A stretch of DNA of 64,000 bases. Origin: an uncultured Gammaproteobacteria bacterium. Its GTDB lineage: Bacteria; Pseudomonadota; Gammaproteobacteria; JACCXJ01. Under the pieces are notes generated by a model, which saw only the letters and a program-made list of their open reading frames with translations, was not told where the DNA came from and ran no database searches. The position numbers and the translations under genes were made by a program. The stretch lies in assembly GCA_963764725.1 (NCBI GenBank), contig CAVXTM010000015.1, positions 192,001 to 256,000 of the forward strand, given 5' to 3'. Within the stretch, counting starts at the first letter, position 1. Every line of letters starts with the position of its first letter. Of this stretch, positions 57,838-64,000 are shown one piece after another.

Positions 57838-59250
57838 TCAAACCCCGCAGGTAGCTAGCTCCGATCCGGCCGGCGCAGGGTGCTCGGTCTTGCCAGTCCC
57901 GTCCGGATCACGGTGGAAACGCGCGGTGATGGGCTCGGCCGGCCGCAATGTGATCAGGGGGCGGGGCGCGATTTCCCGATCCGACGTGAGCTGGATGCAG
58001 CCCTGCCGTGCGATCGTCGCCATCACCAGCACGAGCTCGGTCAACGCGAAGGTATTGCCGATGCACACCCGCGCCCCGCCCCCAAAGGGGAAATAGGCGT
58101 AGCGCGGAAGGCCGGCCGGGACATTACCCAACCAGCGCTCCGGGCGAAACGCCTCGGGCTGCTCGTAGTAACGAGGGTTACGGTGCATGACCCAGGGACT
58201 CATGAACACCGTCGCGCCTCTCGGGATGCGATGGCCGTCGAGCAGGACCTCGGCGCGTGCCTCACGGCCGATGGCATAGGCCGGCGGGTAGAGCCTGAGC
58301 CCCTCCTGGACCGCGGCGCGGGTGTAGGGCAGCGCGTCCAGATCGCCGGCGCTCGCCGGGCGCCCGCACAGGGCCCGGCGTGCCTCGGCAGCGAGCGCGC
58401 CGGCTGCGCTGGGGTCCCGCGCGAGCAGGTACCACGTCCAGACCAGCGCGAGGGCCGTGGTCTCGTGAGCCGCCAAGAGCATGGTCATGGCTTCGTCGCG
58501 CACCTGCCGTTCGGAGAGCGGCCGGCCTGCTTCGTCGCGGGCCGCCAGGAGAGCGTCCAAGAGGTTCGGCGGCTCGGTCTTAGAACCGGGGATGTGAGAC
58601 CTACGGCGGCGCTCGGCGATGATGGCATAGACGGCCCCTTCAAGCTGCCGGACCGCGTCGAGATAGCGCCGGTTTCCGGCGGTCGGGATCCAATCGGGCA
58701 GGCGCACCGGAATGCGCAGGCGCAAGATGATCTCCTCGGCCGCGGCCGTGAAGGCCCGCGCCAGACCGAGCGTCCGTTCCGACGGCTCCGCGCCGAAGAA
58801 CGCTCGCATCGCGATACGCAGGGTGAGGCGGGTGAATTCCGCGTGCAGATCGCGCACCTCGCCGTCCCGCCAATCCGCGAGCGCCGCCTCGGCCTCCGCG
58901 ACCATGATCGCGCCGTAGCGCGCCAAATGCTCGCGGTTGAACGACGGCTGCATGAGCAACCGCTGCTGGCGCCAGTAGGCTCCTTCGCTCACCACCAGTC
59001 CCTGCCCGAACAACGCCCGCACCCGGCTCCAGAAGAAACGGTGCTTGATGAACCTCTCATGCTGCCGGACGAGCACCGTTTCGATGTGCACGGGATGGTT
59101 GATCAGAAACGCGGTGCGATTCACGAGGCGGAAGCGCACCACATCGCCATAGTCGCGGGCCAAGCGCGTGAAGAACCCCAGCATGTCCTGCGAAAACTCG
59201 CGCAGGTTGCCGAGGAGGAAGCTGCCCTTCGGTCCCGGTGTAGCTGTCAT
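57838..59250 (-). CDS. Cytochrome P450
   Basis: PGP N-terminal motif, AAHETT I-helix, EGLR, FRPERW, FGGGARVCIG heme Cys; likely start ATG 59250. Confidence 0.96.
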   Translation of the reverse strand: MTATPGPKGSFLLGNLREFSQDMLGFFTRLARDYGDVVRFRLVNRTAFLINHPVHIETVLVRQHERFIKHRFFWSRVRALFGQGLVVSEGAYWRQQRLLMQPSFNREHLARYGAIMVAEAEAALADWRDGEVRDLHAEFTRLTLRIAMRAFFGAEPSERTLGLARAFTAAAEEIILRLRIPVRLPDWIPTAGNRRYLDAVRQLEGAVYAIIAERRRRSHIPGSKTEPPNLLDALLAARDEAGRPLSERQVRDEAMTMLLAAHETTALALVWTWYLLARDPSAAGALAAEARRALCGRPASAGDLDALPYTRAAVQEGLRLYPPAYAIGREARAEVLLDGHRIPRGATVFMSPWVMHRNPRYYEQPEAFRPERWLGNVPAGLPRYAYFPFGGGARVCIGNTFALTELVLVMATIARQGCIQLTSDREIAPRPLITLRPAEPITARFHRDPDGTGKTEHPAPAGSELATCGV

Positions 59251-59486
59251 GTTTCGTACAGGTAGGGTGCGATTGCTCGCAGGCAAATGAGGCCAGGGCC
59301 GCTTTGTTTCGTCGGACATCGCCCGCAATATTCGATCTTGGCCCCTTAACTACACATAGGTCGTCGCAATTCTTCGATACGCGGACCCGGCAGGTCGGAA
59401 ACCATTCATTCCGGCTTCACGCCACCATTCGTCAGCAACTCAATTTCGAGATCATGGTGTCGGAGAATCACGATATGGTCATTGAG

Positions 59487-59559
59487 GCGTAACCGCACCA
59501 GCCGAGGGCGGGCGCCGCGCATTTCTCGGCGCCCCCTCTCCAGCGCCTTCTTAGCGCGC
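59487..59559 (-). mobile_element. Degenerate integron attC site
   Basis: Minus strand GCGCTAAG-AAGGC-GCTGGAG...GGGCGCCG/CGGCGCCC...CTCGGC-TGGTGCG-GTTACGC; begins at the toxin stop codon. Confidence 0.7.
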
Positions 59560-59859
59560 TTGCCCCTTGGCTTTGGGCCAACGCTGCTGACTGCGTACAT
59601 TGTGTATCACTGCCAAGACATGTACGAGATCGCTGCGAACTGCGTAGAACACACCGTACGGAAAACGCGGCAGCAACGCACGACGAATACCGGCGATCAC
59701 TTCGCCGTACAGCAAAGGCGCTTGCTCAAGACGCTTAAGCTGCAACTCGGTTGCGACCAAGAACTCTTCACCAAGGCCCAGGCTTTGCGATTCGTACCAG
59801 TCATGCGCTTCACCCATTTCACGCAACGCCCGAGCAGAAAACTTTAGGCGGAACGCCAT
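59551..59859 (-). CDS. Type II toxin, RelE/ParE family
   Basis: A..E..EA.DWYE...GLG..F, RRALLPRFPY, VLAVIH..R. Confidence 0.88.
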   Translation of the reverse strand: MAFRLKFSARALREMGEAHDWYESQSLGLGEEFLVATELQLKRLEQAPLLYGEVIAGIRRALLPRFPYGVFYAVRSDLVHVLAVIHNVRSQQRWPKAKGQAR

Positions 59860-60077
59860 GCGCCGTTTCGCAGGTATGACTTCACTTGCTCCCACGAGTA
59901 ACCGGCTTCGGGATTGGCTTCGAACTCTTTCAGCCGCTTTTCGAGTTCCGCCTTTATTTCCGGGGTGACTTCGACAGCTTCTGGAACGGCTGCTATGCTT
60001 TCCCAGATGAGCTCGACAAGGCGAATACGCTCCTGCACAGGAAGTTCAAGGATTTCAGCAACGGAGATTCGCTTCAT
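59844..60077 (-). CDS. Putative addiction-module antitoxin (TIGR02574-like)
   Basis: LPVQERIRLVELIWESI...AELEKRL...SWEQVK; overlaps the toxin start. Confidence 0.88.
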   Translation of the reverse strand: MKRISVAEILELPVQERIRLVELIWESIAAVPEAVEVTPEIKAELEKRLKEFEANPEAGYSWEQVKSYLRNGAWRSA

Positions 60078-60105
60078 GGGCAATAGGTTAGCACTGCGGC
60101 GGCTG

Positions 60106-60130
60106 GCGCGCTAACCGATTTTGGTTAAAT
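60106..60130 (-). mobile_element. attI-like site / start of first cassette
   Basis: Minus strand TTTAAC-CAAAATCG-GTTAGCGCGC; complementary (9/10) to the attC inverse core GCGCGCTAAG. Confidence 0.6.
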
Positions 60131-60191
60131 GGCCCACGAATCACCGACCCCTGATTCCGCATATTCTTTTGGCCGCGATTTCAGGATGAAA

Positions 60192-60309
60192 GGATTAATG
60201 AGGTCAGACACCACATAAAAAACGCCCCGGAGCTCCCTTGGCGATAAATTCTTCCGGATAGTTGGGATCGAAGCAACGCTTTTTATGTGGTGTCTGACCT
60301 CATTGATCC
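60192..60309. repeat. 33-bp inverted repeat with 52-bp spacer
   Basis: GGATTAATGAGGTCAGACACCACATAAAAAACG vs CGCTTTTTATGTGGTGTCTGACCTCATTGATCC (31/33). Confidence 0.9.
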
Positions 60310-60349
60310 GGGTCGAATTTTTACACAAAGCGACGTAATTTGGACCGGG

Positions 60350-60445
60350 GTGGTTAAAAGCCCCCGGTTACCCGATTCAGCACACAGCAAACCGCGCCTG
60401 CTCGATCACGTGCGGGACTGCCTGCGCTACCTCAATTACGGCATA
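60350..60445 (+). pseudogene. Integron integrase N-terminal remnant
   Basis: KPRLLDHVRDCLRYLNYGI resembles the IntI start (P.LLD.VR...R..HYS); divergent from the cassette; similarity stops abruptly. Confidence 0.65.
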
Positions 60446-60496
60446 TGCCGAAAAGGTCAATCCTCCCTGAGCCCCGGCAGCGCCGGGGTTACCGAA

Positions 60497-61528
60497 CTAC
60501 GTAAACAGCGATCGAACGTTTACCGTCGAGCGCTCGCCGATACTTTCAAAGTGTCTGTCCAGCCACTCGCTCGCCGCCGCTCGGCCCATCTGGTGCAGAT
60601 GCCGTAGAAAGGCCCATTCGGCATTGAATTTACTCGATGCCGTAAGGCCGCCGAGCCGCTGATCCGCGTAGATGATGTGCAGAAGGACACGCTTGTAGCG
60701 CTTCGGATCCAGCGCTCCTTGATCGAGTAGCCTGGCCACGAAATCAATCGCCCGGAACTCGCTGATCAAGCTCGAATTGAAGGAGATCTCATTGACACGG
60801 TCCATGATCTCCGGCGCCGTGGTGGGTATATCTTCGTGCTCAAGCGGATTAATTTGGACGATGACGATATCGGGATAACGACACCGGTAGAAAAACGGAA
60901 AGAGCACGGGATTCCCCATGTAGCCTCCGTCCCAATAGGCCTCGCCGTCGATCTCGACAGCTTGGAAGAGCAAGGGTAAGCAGGCCGAAGCCATGACTGC
61001 GTCGACGGAAAGCTCCGCATGCTTGAACACCTTGACCTTGCCGGTACGCACGCTGGTTGCGGAGATAAACAGCTTGATGCAGTCACAGCGGTGTAGGCGC
61101 TCGAAATTCACCTGCTGCAGCACCAGATCGCGCAGGGGATTGAGATTCAGCGGATTAAGCTGATAGGGCGAGGCGACGCGGCTCAGGAGGTCGAAGAAGA
61201 GATAGCTGGGCGAGAAATCCAGGCTCCAGTTCCCGGTCAGCATGTCCCAGACCGAGCGTTTGAGCGGGCTCGCCAGAGCCGCCCGGCCGACCGCAACCCA
61301 AAATGCTTCCAGGGCCCGCCGCCCACCCTCGCGCCCGCCCTCCATCATACCGTCCGCGAGGACCACGGCGTTCATCGCGCCGGCGCTGGTCCCGCTGATG
61401 GCCTCGATCTCGACGCGCTCATCTTCAAGAATCGTATCGAGCACGCCCCAGGTGAAGGCGCCGTGCGCCCCTCCGCCCTGGAGCGCGAGATTGATCGGTT
61501 TTGGTTTACTTGGGGTGTTTGTACTCAC
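60497..61528 (-). CDS. Patatin-like phospholipase/esterase
   Basis: LQGGGAHGA, GTSAG, DGG; likely GTG start at 61528. Confidence 0.92.
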   Translation of the reverse strand: MSTNTPSKPKPINLALQGGGAHGAFTWGVLDTILEDERVEIEAISGTSAGAMNAVVLADGMMEGGREGGRRALEAFWVAVGRAALASPLKRSVWDMLTGNWSLDFSPSYLFFDLLSRVASPYQLNPLNLNPLRDLVLQQVNFERLHRCDCIKLFISATSVRTGKVKVFKHAELSVDAVMASACLPLLFQAVEIDGEAYWDGGYMGNPVLFPFFYRCRYPDIVIVQINPLEHEDIPTTAPEIMDRVNEISFNSSLISEFRAIDFVARLLDQGALDPKRYKRVLLHIIYADQRLGGLTASSKFNAEWAFLRHLHQMGRAAASEWLDRHFESIGERSTVNVRSLFT

Positions 61529-61550
61529 CGCGCCGCTTGTCCGAGGAGCG

Positions 61551-62333
61551 CTAATGCGCGGTCCAGCCGCCGTCGACCGGAAGCGCCGCACCCGTGATCT
61601 GGGCCGCGGCATCGCTCGCGAGGAAGACCGCCAATTGACCCAGGTCCTCCGGCTTGACGAATTGCTTGGTGGCTTGGGCCGCCAGCAGCACGTCTCGAAT
61701 CACCGCCTCACGGCTTATGCCGCGCGCCTTAGCGGTGTCGTCGATCTGGCCCTCGACCAGCGGCGTGAACACATAACCGGGACAGATCGCGTTACAGGTG
61801 ATCCCGTGCTCCGCGACTTCGAGTGCCACGGTCTTCGTGAGACCGAGCAGCCCATGCTTCGCGGCGACATAAGCGGACTTGAAGGGCGAGGCCACGAGCG
61901 CGTGCGCCGAGCCGATGTTGATGATACGTCCCCAGCGCCGGGCCTTCATGGCCGGTAACAAGGCGCGAATCGTGTGGAACGCCGACGACAAGTTTATCGC
62001 GAGGATGGCGTCCCATTTCTCCGGGGGAAAGTCTTCGATCGGCGCGACGTGCTGAATGCCCGCGTTGTTCACCAAAATATCGACCGCGCCGAAGGCGGCG
62101 AGCGCCTCTTGCGCCATGCTGGCTATCTCACTCGGCTTGGACATATCGGCACCGTGATACAGTGCGCGGACGCCGTGCCCGGACTCGAGTCCCAGCCTCA
62201 GCTTCTCGATCTCATCCGTGTTTCCGAATCCGTTCAAGACGATATTGCAGCCCGCCTCAGCCAAGGCCTTGGCGATCGCAAGCCCTATCCCACTCGTCGA
62301 GCCAGTCACGATCGCCGTTTTACCGTTTAACAT
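61551..62333 (-). CDS. bdhA: D-3-hydroxybutyrate dehydrogenase
   Basis: TGSTSGIG, NNAGIQHV, SAH.LVASPFKSAYVAAKHG, DGGWTA. Confidence 0.92.
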   Translation of the reverse strand: MLNGKTAIVTGSTSGIGLAIAKALAEAGCNIVLNGFGNTDEIEKLRLGLESGHGVRALYHGADMSKPSEIASMAQEALAAFGAVDILVNNAGIQHVAPIEDFPPEKWDAILAINLSSAFHTIRALLPAMKARRWGRIINIGSAHALVASPFKSAYVAAKHGLLGLTKTVALEVAEHGITCNAICPGYVFTPLVEGQIDDTAKARGISREAVIRDVLLAAQATKQFVKPEDLGQLAVFLASDAAAQITGAALPVDGGWTAH

Positions 62334-62601
62334 AACCGTTCTCCCCGTCATGCGGATGTCGCATTGGTAAGATGAGCGCGACGATACCAATATGCCAATA
62401 GTGGCTTGCCTTGAAGGTCATAAGTGCTTGCCACGAAAACGCTCTCGGGCTCTGGCCCAGGGACATTTATTACCCGAACGTATCGGCCATTGTCGGGCGT
62501 TATTCGGTCAGTGTAGCAGTGGCGACTCGTTCAATAAAGATAGCAGGGACACGGCTTTCTCATAGCTGACAACTCCACGGGTGGCGGATCCAAGCTGTTG
62601 C

Positions 62602-64000
62602 CTACGGCTCGGTAGCACCCGTATACTGAAACTCCAGTATGGCTCCGGGATTATTTAATGTTCTTGTCCACCCGGTTGTTGGTCCTGATGTAGTCCCGGA
62701 GTTATCAGTTGACACATAAAATGTAACTCCGTCGGGATTCAAAGCAACATCACGGTAACGGTTTTCTGTGAACCAGTAGCCCACTGCATTACCAACAATT
62801 GAATTACCATTAGCGCTCAGCTTCAACCTGTACATACCTCCTGTCTTGAGGCTGATGACCAATAATGAATTAGCCCAACCAGGGATACCTCCCGTAGTCT
62901 TTGCATAAATATCTAGGCTTGATGGCGCTACGGTTGGCCAGCAGATGGAGTATTTTCCAGTGCAGGCGGGATCCTGGAAATTATACCCATTCTCAACAGT
63001 AAATAGGGTTTTAATGGGCGCCACAAAACCCGGGTTTGTCCACGAACTTTCGGCATAGGCTGGAACAGAAGGAGGAATCGTGTAATCACTAAACGTTAAC
63101 GAAGCGCAGGGTGTAGGTGATGATGCCGACCAGTTACCGTATTCATAGGCCTGGTCATCGTTATAGCCTGCCACACGCGGCCAGCCGTAGTTTTTTCCTG
63201 CCTGTATAATATTTATTTCATCATCAGATTTGGGACCATGTTCATCGGCATATAGTTTTCCGTTGGGTCCAAATACAATACCCTGCGCATTGCGGTGACC
63301 ACGGGTATAAATATGACTTCTGACACCAGAAAATAACGGGTTAGCAGAAGGAATGGAACCGTCTAGATTCAGTCGCAAAATTTTTCCTTGGTATTGTGCC
63401 CAGTCCCGTTTCGAAACTTGTCCAGCGCTTGGAACTTCCTGAGAACGGATGGGATTGCATTTATTCCCGAACTGGTTTGCTCCCATATCACCGATTGTAT
63501 AGTACAATTTTAGATCAGGTCCGATTTTTAAACGTCCGGAGTTGTGGTCGTTGCTTGCTGGAAGATTGTTTATCAGATCGCGTGGACTTCCAAGGGTTTT
63601 GGTGCCGGAATTATAAGTATATCTCCTGATCTTGGTTCGCCTTTTAACACCTGCAGCGGGGTCAGCGTCGTAGGTGTAGGCAACGTATACCCAATCTTTG
63701 CCGGTTCCCTTCAGCAGTTGTGGATGAAGTGCCATACCCATCAACCCATCCTGGCCCCCTGATTGATAAACCTCAGAAATAGTTACGGCAACTGTCTTGA
63801 TCCCTGTAATGGGATGAACTCTTGTTACTCGCTTAGCTACTCTTTCAGTGACCCAGATGAATCCATCAGGACCATAGGTTATTTCCCAGGGAAACTGAAG
63901 GCCGGTTGCGACAATGCGAAAATTAAACGGTTCGTCCTGCGAGAAAACAGGGTTTGAGAAAAGGCTAAAGATGACTGGGAAAAGAATAGTTATCCTGGCT
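62602..64000 (-). CDS. Soluble PQQ-dependent glucose/sorbosone dehydrogenase (GdhB-like), 5'-truncated by window edge
   Basis: Frame stays open to the edge (..ATGLQFPWEITYGPDG.IWVTER..QDGLMGMALHP); HNSGRL, YTIGD.G.NQ, GHRNAQG, SDDEIN, RYRD. Confidence 0.9.
   Translation of the reverse strand, partial: ARITILFPVIFSLFSNPVFSQDEPFNFRIVATGLQFPWEITYGPDGFIWVTERVAKRVTRVHPITGIKTVAVTISEVYQSGGQDGLMGMALHPQLLKGTGKDWVYVAYTYDADPAAGVKRRTKIRRYTYNSGTKTLGSPRDLINNLPASNDHNSGRLKIGPDLKLYYTIGDMGANQFGNKCNPIRSQEVPSAGQVSKRDWAQYQGKILRLNLDGSIPSANPLFSGVRSHIYTRGHRNAQGIVFGPNGKLYADEHGPKSDDEINIIQAGKNYGWPRVAGYNDDQAYEYGNWSASSPTPCASLTFSDYTIPPSVPAYAESSWTNPGFVAPIKTLFTVENGYNFQDPACTGKYSICWPTVAPSSLDIYAKTTGGIPGWANSLLVISLKTGGMYRLKLSANGNSIVGNAVGYWFTENRYRDVALNPDGVTFYVSTDNSGTTSGPTTGWTRTLNNPGAILEFQYTGATEP

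Noticed and set aside
57880-59265. 461-aa ORF antisense to the P450
   Set aside because: Typical stop-poor shadow frame of a very GC-rich gene

Overview
High-GC gammaproteobacterial chromosome segment. The synteny (dprA-topA-purE-tsaC; gatCAB divergent from mreBCD) is typical of non-enteric Gammaproteobacteria. About 1-37 kb is the contiguous core cluster: tRNA-Tyr/Gly/Thr, tuf, tRNA-Trp, secE-nusG, rplKAJL, rpoBC, then the str, S10, spc and alpha operons. About 41-55 kb holds gatCAB and the mreBCD-mrdA-rodA-mltB-rlpA-dacA-dat cell-wall cluster, and 55-64 kb is accessory. The non-routine signals are: (1) a 386-bp direct duplication of a putative promoter, all of gatC and the first 10 nt of gatA, bracketing a 580-bp insert with its own small membrane-protein gene; (2) a decayed integron (IntI N-terminal stub, attI-like site, toxin-antitoxin cassette with matching core sites, attC); (3) a KAP-family NTPase gene split by an IS256-family element (9-bp TSD) whose first catalytic Asp reads Asn; (4) several miniature structured repeats inside essential operons, one present twice with a compensatory base change; (5) two apparently identical tuf copies with strongly G-rich, C-poor codon usage unlike their neighbours. 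All calls are by-eye recognition; no searches were run.
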